64,000 nucleotides of DNA from an uncultured Planctomycetaceae bacterium (GTDB lineage Bacteria; Planctomycetota; Planctomycetia; Planctomycetales; Planctomycetaceae): contig CAWFGE010000013.1 in the NCBI GenBank assembly GCA_963815195.1, positions 608,001 to 672,000 on the forward strand, written 5' to 3'. The notes under the pieces were generated by a model. The model was not told the DNA's origin. It ran no database searches and saw only the letters and a program-made list of their open reading frames with translations. The translations under genes were made by a program, and so were the position numbers. Shown here in pieces: positions 20,991-31,720 of the stretch. Numbering within the stretch: position 1 is the first letter of the stretch; each line of letters opens with the position of its first letter.

Positions 20991-22064
20991 TTACAGAATC
21001 TCCAGCGTGGGCATTGTGGGGGTGTCCAATAGGGTCCGCGCGATTTCGATCGCCATTCGCTCGGTGGCGTGGAGCAAAGGTTGGCGGGCGGGATTGCCTT
21101 CGTCGAACAGGGCCGAGATTTTGCCTTCATCGCCTCGGATGCGGATTTGGGCTTCGGTCGGCACTTCACCCAGGAACGGGACCTTGAGTTGCTCGGCTTT
21201 GGCTTTCGCGCCGCCTCGGCCGAAGATTTCCCCCGACATGTTCTCGACGATCCCCAGGACGGGGATCTTCACTTGATGGAACATGTCAATCGCCCGCACC
21301 GCATCGAGGAGCGCCACTTGTTGCGGCGTGCAGACGATGACGGCTCCCGCGAGTCCCAAGAGTTGGGAGAGCGTAAGGGAAACGTCCCCGGTGCCGGGCG
21401 GCATGTCGATGATGAGATAATCCAACTCGCCCCATTCGGTGTCTTTGAGGAATTGCGTCAGGGTTTTGTGGAGCATCGGCCCGCGCCATACGATGGCTTG
21501 CTCCGGGCGGACGAAAAAGCCGATGGACTGCACCTTGATGCCGTCCACGTCGTGCGGCTGGATGCGGACCAGGCCCGGTTGCGGTTCGGTGACATCCGGC
21601 TGGCCGGAGATGTTGAGCATGTGGGGAATGCTCGGGCCATACACATCGGCATCCAAAAGCCCGACTTTGGCTCCGTAATGATTGAGGCCGTAGGCCAAAG
21701 TCGCGGCGAGCGTGCTTTTGCCGACGCCGCCTTTGCCGCTGCCCACGGCGACGACGTTTTTCACGCGGAGTCCAATGGTGCCGCCGGTGTTCTTGCCGCG
21801 GACTTTCCAGGGAAACGTGACTTCGACGTTCTTCACGTCCGGGAATTTTGCGGTGAGGGCGGCTCTGATGTCCGAGGAAATCTTGTCTTTGGAGTCTTGC
21901 GGGTAGGCGGGCGTGGGGAGTTCCACGGCGACCTCCACGCGGCCGGCTTCCTGGATTTTCGCCTCTTTGAGCATATGCAAATCGGCCAGCGATTTGCCGA
22001 ACTCGGGCTCTTGGACCGCGTGCAAACTGCTCAGGATTTGGGATTCGGTGAGGGTTTCGCTCAT
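20991..22064 (-). CDS. mrp: Mrp/ApbC/NBP35 family ATPase with N-terminal DUF59-like domain
   Basis: GSGKGGVGKST, DADVYGPSIP, WRGPMLH, DMPPGTGD, GIVENMS. Confidence 0.9.
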   Translation of the reverse strand: MSETLTESQILSSLHAVQEPEFGKSLADLHMLKEAKIQEAGRVEVAVELPTPAYPQDSKDKISSDIRAALTAKFPDVKNVEVTFPWKVRGKNTGGTIGLRVKNVVAVGSGKGGVGKSTLAATLAYGLNHYGAKVGLLDADVYGPSIPHMLNISGQPDVTEPQPGLVRIQPHDVDGIKVQSIGFFVRPEQAIVWRGPMLHKTLTQFLKDTEWGELDYLIIDMPPGTGDVSLTLSQLLGLAGAVIVCTPQQVALLDAVRAIDMFHQVKIPVLGIVENMSGEIFGRGGAKAKAEQLKVPFLGEVPTEAQIRIRGDEGKISALFDEGNPARQPLLHATERMAIEIARTLLDTPTMPTLEIL

Positions 22065-22113
22065 GATGAGATTTCTGGTTCTGAAGATTGTGTTGACTGA
22101 GTTATTTTGATCA

Positions 22114-22190
22114 ACGGGAACTCGCTGGCGTCCGGTTCTCGGGTGAACCGGGGCGGACCACCCTGCGGGCGGTGCCCCTCCTGTGGCTAA
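22114..22190. repeat. Family G REP doublet carrying the 23-bp mini-element (22155-22177)
   Basis: ...gcgtccggttc...gaaccggggc[ggaccaccctgcgggcggtgccc]ctcctgtggctaa; homologous to 42440-42585. Confidence 0.65.
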
Positions 22191-22558
22191 TGAACGCGAA
22201 ATTGCCGGCGGCAGTGGGCGGCCATTTCCTCGCCGGGGACCGGTTCCTCCAGGAAGGTCACGGCTCCCAGTTCGCGAATGGGCCATTCTAACTTTCGATA
22301 GGAAGGCGTTGCCACCACGAGGACCGCCTGGCCCGGCGTGCGGGACATCAGGCGTTCCAAAACCTCCAAGCACTCCGCGGGGTTTGCTTCCACGTCCATG
22401 AGGACCACGCCGTTTCCGGTCCGCGCGAGGCGCGATTCAATAACCCGCGGCCGGCCGCATCCCCGAACGCGGACTTCCTCGCCCGCAAATTGGCGTTCCA
22501 ACTCGGGAACCCAACGCGGCCGGCGCTCGAAGACAAAAATCGTTGGCGTCAGCATCAC
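22187..22558 (-). CDS. Degenerate single-domain receiver (CheY-like) protein
   Basis: (beta/alpha)5 pattern IFVFE...VVLMDV...VLVVAT...ELGAVTFLEEP; acidic pocket and conserved Lys are degenerate. Confidence 0.55.
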   Translation of the reverse strand: MMLTPTIFVFERRPRWVPELERQFAGEEVRVRGCGRPRVIESRLARTGNGVVLMDVEANPAECLEVLERLMSRTPGQAVLVVATPSYRKLEWPIRELGAVTFLEEPVPGEEMAAHCRRQFRVH

Positions 22559-22852
22559 CCGTTCATCCTTCGCGAATTGTAAGGATTGCCGATGTCGAAC
22601 ACAACGTTCGTGGGCCGAATGCGGCCGGCGTGCCGATGAGAAAGAAAGCGTCCGCGGTTCGATGGGGGCCAGAAATCGGATTGCGCGGATTGCGCGGGCG
22701 GCGGCATGCCAAAAATGCGGGAACTAGGGTGCGTCTCTTCATCAGGGGCGGCGATTGTGTAGTAGCGTTTTGGCATCACGATCCCGCATTCCCTCAAACG
22801 GCGAGGCCTTCAGGAATTGTGGGGGACAAATCTCTTGGGAAAGCGGCGAGCG

Positions 22853-25544
22853 ATGAGTCTGACAGGCTGGATTCTGGATCGAGTCACGCGGCGGCCGACC
22901 CGCACGCGGGCCGGGTCTCAGCAACGCCATCGGCGGCGCGAAGACGCGGGCTTGTATCTCCGCCGCCTGGAAGACCGCCGCGTGCTGAACGTCGCCGCCG
23001 TCGCCGACGCCTATTACATGAATGCCGGCGACAGTTCGCTGTTTGTCAGCTCGCAACAGAGCGTGTTGGACAATGACGCCGGCGCGCCGCTGACCGCGAA
23101 CCAGGGCACCTTCACCACCGATCAGGGCGGGTCTGTGATCGTCGACACCGCCGGCTCGTTTTATTACACGTCCCCCTATGCGTCCGGTTCCATCTTTACC
23201 GATCATTTCACATATACCGCCACCGACGGCAGCCAAAACAGCCAGGGCGATGTGACGATCTTCGTCGGCGAGTTTCAGGCCCCCTTCAATCAACCGACGC
23301 TTTTGCCCACGATCGGCGTGGAGTCCGAAACGCCGATGGACTACACGCAGGTCCATCTGCAATCCTCAACCGGCGCTTCGTTGTTTCTGCTCAATCCGGG
23401 GCCGATCAGTTTCGACCAGGGCACGGCCAACGGCGGCAGCGAATTGTTTTTGAGCGGCATGGCCAGCGACATCAACCACGCGCTCGAGTCCGTCCAATAC
23501 ACTCCGCCTCCGGACGCGAGCGGATATGACGATGTGCTGTTCGAATACGCCTCCCTCAACGGCCAGCCCCCTCCGCCGCCCGGCACGCTGCTCCCGCCGG
23601 ATTATTCGGAGTACGTCACCGTCTACATCGAACCGGGGCCCGGATCGATCATCGCGAACGACGACCTCTATTTTGTCGATCCTTCGTTTTCGAGCTTTTC
23701 GGTTTCCTACGATGCGGGCGTGTTGTCCAACGATTCCAGCGCCTCGGGAAGTTCGCTGTTTGTGTATTCGGGGGCCTACTCCACCGATCTGGGCGGCAGC
23801 GTGGACTTGTTTTCGGACGGCAGCTTTGTCTACACGCCGCCGAATCTGCCCGATCCGGATTTCATCGACTCCTTCCAATACGTCGCCTCGGATGAAATGT
23901 CCGACAGCAATCCGGGAACCGTGCTGTTATTCGTCGGCGACGTTCCGGTCCCGGAAGACGGCCTCGTGGGCCTGCCTTTGTTTACCGTCGAAGGCTACAG
24001 CCCCACCGAGACGGTTTCGGCGCGGCTTTCTTCCTCAAAAGGGGCCTCGCTGACTTTGTTCGATACGACAGGCGTGAGCTTCGTTTCCGGCACGAACGGC
24101 GGCAGTTCCTTCACCATCGGCGGAACCGCGCACGATGTCAATTCGGCACTCGACTCGCTGGGCTACCTCTCGCCTCTGAACTACAGCGGAAACGACAATC
24201 TCACGTTCCAATACATCGCCTCCGGCAATCGGGGAGGAGGTCTCGTTACGCAAACCGCGGTAATCGCCGTCGAGCCGATCGCCGACCCGCCCGCGCTCGC
24301 CGTTGGGCCCGAGCCCGCGTTTTATCAACCGGGCCTTCCCGTCCCGGTGAACATCAACGTGGCGCTCACCGATACGGACGGCTCGGAGTTCTTGGGCTTT
24401 GTGGTTTTGGATCAGGTGCCGGCGGGTGTGGTTCCGTCGGCGGGCCAGAATTCCGCTCAGTATCCGCAAACTTATTTCCTGCTGCCCAGCCAGTTGGCCA
24501 ATTTGACGTTTACCATCGATCCCGGCGCCGGATTCCTTCACGATTCCCGTCTTTGGCACGGCGATCGAACGGACCGGGGAGCCGGGCGTGTTCGGCGGAC
24601 CCGGCGGACCATTGTTGCCGGACTCGCCGTTTGAGCCGCGGTTCGCGATTTCGATGACGTTTCTGGATTTTGTCCGCTTGCCCCCGGGCGTCGCTCCGCC
24701 GCCCCCGCCCGGCACGACTCAAGCCGTGTTCTTGTTGGGACCGTTGACCACGACCAATCCGCCGCCTCCGCCGCCCGGCCCGCATGGGGCGCCCGGTCCG
24801 CCGGGAGCTCCCAACGGTCCGCCCACGACCGCGGCGAGCATTGTGGCGGCATCCGCGCCTCCTGGAGGAAATCAAAGCTCGATCGGTCCCGTGGTCTCGG
24901 CTCTCAAACAGGACCCGTTTGCAAACGTCAACATCGCGAGCCAGGAGCGAAACGACGAGCAAGGCCGGCTGTCCTTTGAAGGCGCCGGGATTTACGTGCA
25001 AAAGCTCGGCTCGGGCGATCCCGCACAAACCGCCCGCCTGCCCGAAGAAGTCAGCGAAGACTATTCCCGGTTCATCGAGTTTTTGAAGACGCTGCCCAAC
25101 GGGGATTATGTCGTGTACTTCAAACGCGGCGGGCAGTCGCACGAGCAAGCCGCCGCCCGGCAGCGGGTCGTCAAGGTCCGCGTGGTGAACCACCGGCTGA
25201 ATCCCGATTCGGGCGACTTCAAACCCGCCGGCGAAGTTGCGGAACCGCCGAAGAATCCCGATGCGGCGAACGATTCGAGCACGACCACCAAAGCGCCCAC
25301 CGATAATGAGCGGGCCGAGAACCCGGTGCCGGCCGAGTCCGACACGCTCGGCGACATCTCGGCCAATCCCCCGGCGGATTGGGCGACTCTCGCCGCGGGC
25401 GTGTGGCTGGTGAGCCGAGCCTCCCGCGAGTTCCATTCCAAGCCGGACGATCGCACGGCCCACGTCGATCAACTCATGGAGCAATTCCCGTCAAAACGAA
25501 AGCGGCCTGACTGGCGGCGAAAGCTCAAATCGCAAAAGTCATAA
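22853..25544 (+). CDS. Extracellular protein with planctomycete LEPR-xLL-like N-terminal motif, Ig/cadherin-like repeats and Pro-rich linker; frameshift near 24528
   Basis: YLRRLEDRRVL; repeats A.AD.Y...VL.ND...GS..Y.P...D.F.Y.A.D; the shifted frame PDSFTIPVFGTAIER joins ORF 24588-25544. Confidence 0.75.
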
Positions 25545-25601
25545 CCCGGCCGCTCGGCTCGGCACGCCGCGCGGACCCATTTCAACGGACAACGGACACA
25601 A

Positions 25602-28600
25602 ATGATGTTGACATGCCCCCATTGTGAATCGTCGCTCGGAGCGGCAAGCGGCTCCGCGTCGCTTTACGAAAGCGCCACGTGGGACGGGAGGTGCTTGCAT
25701 TGCGGGCGGAGCATCTATCAAAAAGCTCCGCACGACTCGCAAACCCTCGACGGGCGGCAGATCGGCGAACACGCCCTCGGCTTGTTGGACGAAACCGCCG
25801 ACCACATCGGGCAAACGCTCCTGCCCGATTGGGGGAGCGGCGAAAAACAGCGCGATAAGCTCGAAGACATCTGGGGCGAAGCGCGGTCGGCGGAAAACGC
25901 CGGGATGACGATCAAATGGAAATCGGAGTCCAACGACATCGCCCCGTTGGCGACCGAACCGCTCACGTTTCCGGAACTGGAAACGAAAGCCGACTCGGAA
26001 GACGAAGGGCGGGCCAGCGTGAGCCATTTGCAAACGCTCCTGCCGGCCGGAGCCGACGGCGGGGACGACGAAGACGACCCGAGCATGCAGATGACGTTCG
26101 CTCCCGAACTGTTGCCGACGATCGAAACCGAACCGTTCGACGCCAGCGCGAGCACGAGCCGCTCGCTGTCGATCCGCGCAAGAACGTTGGACCACAACCC
26201 CGCGCAGCCCCGGGGCAATTCCGATTACGAGCTGTTGGAACGGCTCGGCCAGGGCGGGATGGGCGTGGTCTATAAAGCCCGGCAGGCGTCCATCGACCGG
26301 CACGTTGCGGTGAAGATGGTCAAAACGGACTCGGTCAGCGAGAAGCAGCGGCGGAGCTTCGTTTCCGAAGCGGTCGTCACCGGCGAACTCGATCACCCGA
26401 ACATCGTGCCGATTTATGACCTGGGCACCGATGAATCCGGGGCGCTGTTCTACTCGATGAAGCAGGTCGTGGGCACGCCTTGGAAAGACGCGATCCGCCA
26501 GAAATCGCAGGCCGAGAACCTGGAGATTTTGATGCGCGTCGCCGACGCCGTCGCTTTCGGGCACTCCCGCGGCGTCGTGCACTGCGACCTCAAGCCCGAA
26601 AACGTCATGCTCGGCGATTACGGCGAAGTTCTGGTGATGGACTGGGGCCTTGCGCAGCTTTTGCCGGCTTTTCAGAAGCCCCGCGAAATCGCGAAGTCCG
26701 CCGACGGCGGCGGCACGCCCGCGTACATGGCGCCCGAAATGGCGGCCGGCAAAGCGGGGCTGATTACGATCGCCAGCGATGTGTATCTGTTGGGGGCGAT
26801 TCTGTACGAGATCATTGCCGGCAAGGCGCCGCACGCCGGCAAGAACGTGATGGGCTGCCTCGTCAACGTCGCCAAAAACGTCATTCAGCCCACCGACAAA
26901 ACCGGCGAACTTTTAGACATTGCCTACAAGGCGATGGCAACTCAGCCCGAAGACCGCTTCGCCGACGTGCCGGCGTTCCAGGCGGCGGTCCGCGATTATC
27001 AATCGCACTCCGAAAGCACCCGCCTCTCCGACCGGGCCCTGGCCGGTCTGGAAGAAGCCTGCGAAAAGCAGGACTACGAACTTTTCGCCCAGGCGCTCGC
27101 GGCGTTTCGCGAAGCGGTTTTGTTGTGGCGCGAAAACTCCGCGGCTGACGAAGGCTTGGGTGCCGCCCGTTACGCCTATGCCCAGTGTGCTTATCAAAAA
27201 GGCGACTACGATCTCGGCTTGTCGCTGCTCCAGGAAGACAATCCCGAGCATGCGGAGCTGTACCAGAAAATCCAGGCCGCCCAGCACGAGCGGGAAATCC
27301 GCCAGCAGCGGCTCCGCCGCACCAAACGGCTCGTGGCGGCGCTTGGGGTATTGATGGTGCTTGGAGCCTCGGCGGCGGCGTTTGTGATCAACGAAGCCCG
27401 CAAAGAAGCCGACGGCCAGCGCGAGATCGCCGAGCATCAAGCCGAGGTCGCCGACGAGCAGCGGGGCATCGCCCAGAAGCAAACCCAACTGGCCCAAGCC
27501 GAGAAACAGAAAGCCGACGAGGAACGCCAAAACGCCGAGAAATCCCGGGACGAGGCGGTGCTGCAAAAGCGCAAAGCCGAAGATGCCAAAAAAGCCGCCG
27601 ACGCAGCGCGGACGCTGGAAGAAAAAGCCAAGATCGCGGCCCAAGAGGCGGAGCAGGAAGCCGTTTCCGCCCGGCAAGCCGAAGCCTATGAAGCCTACAT
27701 CGCCCGGATTCAATTGGCCGCCGCGAAAATCGATGAAAACGCCTTCGACACGGCCCGGCGGTTGCTCGAGGAATGCCGGCCCCAGGGCGGTGAAAAGGAT
27801 CTCCGCGGCTGGGAATGGGCCAGGCTGATGCACCTTTGTTGGCAAAGTGAGCGGACTTGGAAGATGGCCGCCCCCGCCGAGGCCGTTGCCTTTTCGCCCG
27901 ACGGTTCGCGGTTTGTCACAGCGGCCTGGGACGGCCATGCCCGCGTGTGGGATTTGGCCAGCGGCAAGGAACTTCACGATTTGAAACACGAAGGCCAATA
28001 CGTGCATGCCGCGAAGTTCTCGCCCGATCGAAAACTCATCGCCACCGGCAGCAACGATCCCACCGGCTTCGTGCGGCTCTGGAATGCCAAGACCGGCGAG
28101 CCGGTGAAATCGTTCTTCGGCCACACCGATGCCGTGCTCAGCGTGCGGTTTTCGAAGGATGGGCGCAGGCTTGTCACCACGTCCTACGACAACACCGCCC
28201 GCTTGTGGGATGTCCAAACCGGCAAGGAAATCCAGCGGTTTGAAGGGCACTTCTGGTGGGTGTGGTCGGCGGCGTTCTCGCCCGACGAGAAACTGCTTGT
28301 CACCGCCAGCCACGACGGCACCGCAAACGTTTACGAGGTGGACACCGGCAAAAAGATCGCCGACTTCACGGGACACCAAGGCCCGGTGTTCGCGGCCGAA
28401 TTCTCGCCTGACGGCCAGACCGTCGCCAGCGGCGGGTTCGATCATCGCATCTTGATCTGGAAGCCCGAAGAGCAGGCCTGGACCGATCTGCAAATGCTCG
28501 CCCAAGGCAAGCAGAATCATTCGCCGGTCTTTACCTCCCTCGACGGCCACACCTCCGGCGTGCGTTCGCTGGAGTTCTCCGCCGACGGGCAGCGGTTGCT

Positions 28601-30671
28601 CACCGGCTCGGATGACAACACGTTAAAACTCTGGAACCTGGAAACCAAACGCACGATCGAAACGTTGCGCGGGCATGACGGTTGGATCGCCTGCTGCACG
28701 CTTTCGCCGGATGGACAATGGGCACTCTCGGCCGCGCACGATCAGCACGTGCGGTTGTGGAACCTCAACGGCTACGAAGAAACCCGCGTGCTCGGCGGGC
28801 ATGTCTTGAAGGGACACAGCGAAGCCGTGCTGAGCGCGGCCCTTTCGCGGGACGGCCAATACATCGCCACCGCCAGCCGCGACCGCACCGCACGGTTGTG
28901 GTCCGCCGCCGACGGCAAGGAACTGAGAACCTTCGCGGAAGGGCACAGTTTTCTGTCGATGCGAGCCGCGTTTTCACCGGACGGCCGGTGGCTGTTCACG
29001 GCGGCGTTTGACAACACGGTCCGCGTGTGGAACGTCGCCCACGGCACCGAGATCGCCCGGCTCGATCACACCGGACGCAACGCAGCGCTCGCGGTCTCGC
29101 CGGACGGCAAATATCTCGTCACCGGCAGCGACGACAACTCCGCCAAGGTTTGGGAACTCGATGCCCTGCTCGAAGCCGCCAAAGCCCAGCGGCCGCCCGA
29201 ACCCTTGTGGATCCTCGAAGAGCACCGGCGGGAAATCACGGCGATCGCGATCTCGCCGAACGGCCGCTGGATTTACACAGGCGACGCCCGCGGGCGCGGT
29301 TTTCTGTGGGACAAGACGACCGGCAAAATTCGCCACCGCTATATCGGGCACGCGGGTGCCGTCACCGATGCCGCGTTTCTGCCCGACGGGTCCCGCGTCC
29401 TCACCGCCAGCCGCGACAACACCGTCGGCCAATGGGACGCGAACACCGGCGAGGAGCATCGCAAACAAATCCTCCGGCATTCCGAAGCGGTGAGTTCGCT
29501 GGCCATCCTGCCCGACGGCCGCCGAGCGATCACCAGCAGCGACGACAAAACCGTCCGGCTGTGGAATCTGGAAACGGCCAAGGTGGAAACGACATTGCAC
29601 GAAGGCGACGACATTCAAACCGTCGCCGTCTCGCCCGACGGCCGATTGGCGTTGGGGCTGAGCAGTGTGGAAGGGCGGATTCGGATCTGGCAGTTGGACA
29701 CCGGCCGCGAGTGGCTGCCCGTCGATAACAACGGCCGGCCGGGTCCGTTTTTTGAATTGACCTCCGAAATGGATTCGCTGTGGTCCGCGACGTTTTCGCC
29801 CGACAACCACGGTCTGCTCACCGTCGCAGGGAACGATGTCCGGCTGTGGGATCTCAAGACCCGCGAAGAACGCATGAGCTTCAATCCCCACGGGGCCGTG
29901 GCGTCGGCGGAGTTTTCGCCCGATGGAAAATGGCTCGTGACAGCCGGCTGGGATCACACCGCCCGGATCTGGAACATCCAAACCGGACGGGCCGAGCATA
30001 AGCTCGTCGGCCAGCACACGGACGACATCAACCACGCCGTCTTCTCGCCCGATGGCCGGCAGGTCCTCACGGCCAGCGACGACGGCACCGCGGTTTTATG
30101 GAACATCGAAACCGAGTCGCCCGCAGCGATTTTGCGCGGGCACGGCAAGCGGATCAACTCGGCCGTGTTCTCAAACGATGGCCGATGGATCGTCACGGCT
30201 TCGGACGATCGCACCGCCCGCGTGTGGGACGCGAAAACGGGCACGGAGCTTCTGGTCCTCACCGGCCACGAGTGGGCTGTGCAGTCGGCGGAGTTCTCCA
30301 AGGACGGCCGGCGGATCATCACTGCCAGCGACGACAACACCGCCCGCGTCTGGAAGCTGGTGAAGCCCGGCGTTCAACCGGATAAAGGAAAATGGACCGC
30401 GGAACCCGGGTGGGTGCTCAAAGGCCACTCGGCAGGCGTGGTTGCGGCGGGCTTCTCACCGGATGGAAGACGAATCATCACAGGCAGCCGGGACGACACC
30501 GCGATCATCTGGGACGCAGACACCGGCAAAGAGCTTCTGACGCTCCGCGGCCACACGCAGGACGTCACCTCGGCCCGCTTCTCGGACGACGGCCGCGAAG
30601 CCCTCACCGGCAGCCGCGACGGCACCGCGATCCTTTGGCTCACCGACAAAGGCGATTTCAGACGGCAATAG
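25602..30671 (+). CDS. Ser/Thr protein kinase with N-terminal Zn-ribbon, TM helix, coiled coil and many WD40 repeats
   Basis: CPHC..CLHC, GQGGMGVVYKA, HCDLKPEN, DWG, GTPAYMAPE; GH...SA.FSPDG...D.TAR.WD repeats. Confidence 0.93.
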   Translation: MMLTCPHCESSLGAASGSASLYESATWDGRCLHCGRSIYQKAPHDSQTLDGRQIGEHALGLLDETADHIGQTLLPDWGSGEKQRDKLEDIWGEARSAENAGMTIKWKSESNDIAPLATEPLTFPELETKADSEDEGRASVSHLQTLLPAGADGGDDEDDPSMQMTFAPELLPTIETEPFDASASTSRSLSIRARTLDHNPAQPRGNSDYELLERLGQGGMGVVYKARQASIDRHVAVKMVKTDSVSEKQRRSFVSEAVVTGELDHPNIVPIYDLGTDESGALFYSMKQVVGTPWKDAIRQKSQAENLEILMRVADAVAFGHSRGVVHCDLKPENVMLGDYGEVLVMDWGLAQLLPAFQKPREIAKSADGGGTPAYMAPEMAAGKAGLITIASDVYLLGAILYEIIAGKAPHAGKNVMGCLVNVAKNVIQPTDKTGELLDIAYKAMATQPEDRFADVPAFQAAVRDYQSHSESTRLSDRALAGLEEACEKQDYELFAQALAAFREAVLLWRENSAADEGLGAARYAYAQCAYQKGDYDLGLSLLQEDNPEHAELYQKIQAAQHEREIRQQRLRRTKRLVAALGVLMVLGASAAAFVINEARKEADGQREIAEHQAEVADEQRGIAQKQTQLAQAEKQKADEERQNAEKSRDEAVLQKRKAEDAKKAADAARTLEEKAKIAAQEAEQEAVSARQAEAYEAYIARIQLAAAKIDENAFDTARRLLEECRPQGGEKDLRGWEWARLMHLCWQSERTWKMAAPAEAVAFSPDGSRFVTAAWDGHARVWDLASGKELHDLKHEGQYVHAAKFSPDRKLIATGSNDPTGFVRLWNAKTGEPVKSFFGHTDAVLSVRFSKDGRRLVTTSYDNTARLWDVQTGKEIQRFEGHFWWVWSAAFSPDEKLLVTASHDGTANVYEVDTGKKIADFTGHQGPVFAAEFSPDGQTVASGGFDHRILIWKPEEQAWTDLQMLAQGKQNHSPVFTSLDGHTSGVRSLEFSADGQRLLTGSDDNTLKLWNLETKRTIETLRGHDGWIACCTLSPDGQWALSAAHDQHVRLWNLNGYEETRVLGGHVLKGHSEAVLSAALSRDGQYIATASRDRTARLWSAADGKELRTFAEGHSFLSMRAAFSPDGRWLFTAAFDNTVRVWNVAHGTEIARLDHTGRNAALAVSPDGKYLVTGSDDNSAKVWELDALLEAAKAQRPPEPLWILEEHRREITAIAISPNGRWIYTGDARGRGFLWDKTTGKIRHRYIGHAGAVTDAAFLPDGSRVLTASRDNTVGQWDANTGEEHRKQILRHSEAVSSLAILPDGRRAITSSDDKTVRLWNLETAKVETTLHEGDDIQTVAVSPDGRLALGLSSVEGRIRIWQLDTGREWLPVDNNGRPGPFFELTSEMDSLWSATFSPDNHGLLTVAGNDVRLWDLKTREERMSFNPHGAVASAEFSPDGKWLVTAGWDHTARIWNIQTGRAEHKLVGQHTDDINHAVFSPDGRQVLTASDDGTAVLWNIETESPAAILRGHGKRINSAVFSNDGRWIVTASDDRTARVWDAKTGTELLVLTGHEWAVQSAEFSKDGRRIITASDDNTARVWKLVKPGVQPDKGKWTAEPGWVLKGHSAGVVAAGFSPDGRRIITGSRDDTAIIWDADTGKELLTLRGHTQDVTSARFSDDGREALTGSRDGTAILWLTDKGDFRRQ

Positions 30672-30673
30672 TA

Positions 30674-30701
30674 GGCGAGCGGCCCGCGTAAGCCGGCTGA
30701 T
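30674..30701 (+). repeat. Family A REP variant (single copy)
   Basis: ggcgagcggcccgcgtaagccggctgat, just after the kinase stop codon. Confidence 0.7.
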
Positions 30702-30751
30702 TCCGTACCTCAAGAAATTGATGCCATCAGCAACGAATAAGAGAAACGCCG

Positions 30752-31643
30752 CTACGAAGCCGCGCGGAGACGGAGTTCCTCGGCGTTGAGGGCGACGATG
30801 GCGATGCCGAACTTGTCGGCCATCGCGATCACCTCTTCCTCATCCAAGAGAATCGTTTTTGCGCTTTCCACCGCGAGCACGCGGCCGCCGGCTTCGCGGA
30901 TGGTTTGGATCGTCTGCGTGCCGATGGTGGGCACGTCGAACCGCATGTCCTGCTGCGGCTTGGCGACTTTGACGACGGAAAACTTCCCCCGCCGGCAGAG
31001 CGTGCCCGCCCGGCGGATGCAGGCGTCGGTGCCTTCGATGGCTTCCGCCGCGATCACCGCCTGATCGGAAACCACGACCGTCTGGCCGATGTCCAATCGG
31101 CCGAGTTCCTTCGCCATCTCCCAGCCGAATTTGATGTCGTTCCATTGAACGGGCGTGGGGCGGCGTCTGGTGAGAAATCCGTGTTTCACGAGAAGCTCCG
31201 GGCAATAGTCCAGGGCGGATTCAAAACGAATGTGATCCCGCTCGAACTCGCGGATCACGGCGAGCAGCAGCGTGTCGTCGGTTTTGTTGGCCGTGGCATA
31301 GCGGAACCACATGTGCAGCGCCCGCCAATCCGGGAAATGGCGGAAGATGCCGAACGGCTTAAACAGCACGGTCTTTTCGATCTTGCCCGCCATGACCACC
31401 CGCTTGACGCCGGCCCGCTTGAACAGCCGAATCGCCTGGCCCAGTTTGCCGAGCGGCGCGGTAACGAACTCGTCGCAAAGGTCGCCGAGTTCTTCGGGAG
31501 CCATGTCCCTTACGCCCATGCAAAACACCGACAGCCCCTGCCGGCACGGCTTTTGCGAAGGTCACGGGAAACCGCCCCGCGCCTGCCAATAATCCGATGC
31601 GGCCCGGCCGCGCGTGCCGGGATAGAGTGCGTGATCCATCCAT
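30752..31643 (-). CDS. lpxI: UDP-2,3-diacylglucosamine pyrophosphatase LpxI (DUF1009); frameshift near 31545
   Basis: IGLLAGAGRFP; VVMAGKI, DIGQTVVV, AAEAIEGTD, KVAKPQQDMRFDVPTIG; adjacent to lpxD. Confidence 0.88.
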
Positions 31644-31720
31644 GGAGACTGTGGGTGGAGAATATTTCCTTGGTTGGTTTTCGTGTTCGGTTTTCAGCTC
31701 CCCAAGAAACAGGGAGACAA

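Noticed and set aside
22620..22636. Sigma54 promoter on the minus strand before the receiver/mrp genes (cGGcacgccggccGCa)
   Set aside because: Spacing is correct but the conserved TT before GC is missing; likely by chance in GC-rich DNA.
25602..30671. Diversity-generating retroelement or recent repeat expansion in the WD40 arrays
   Set aside because: The repeats are diverged at DNA level; no reverse transcriptase and no template/variable repeat pair seen.
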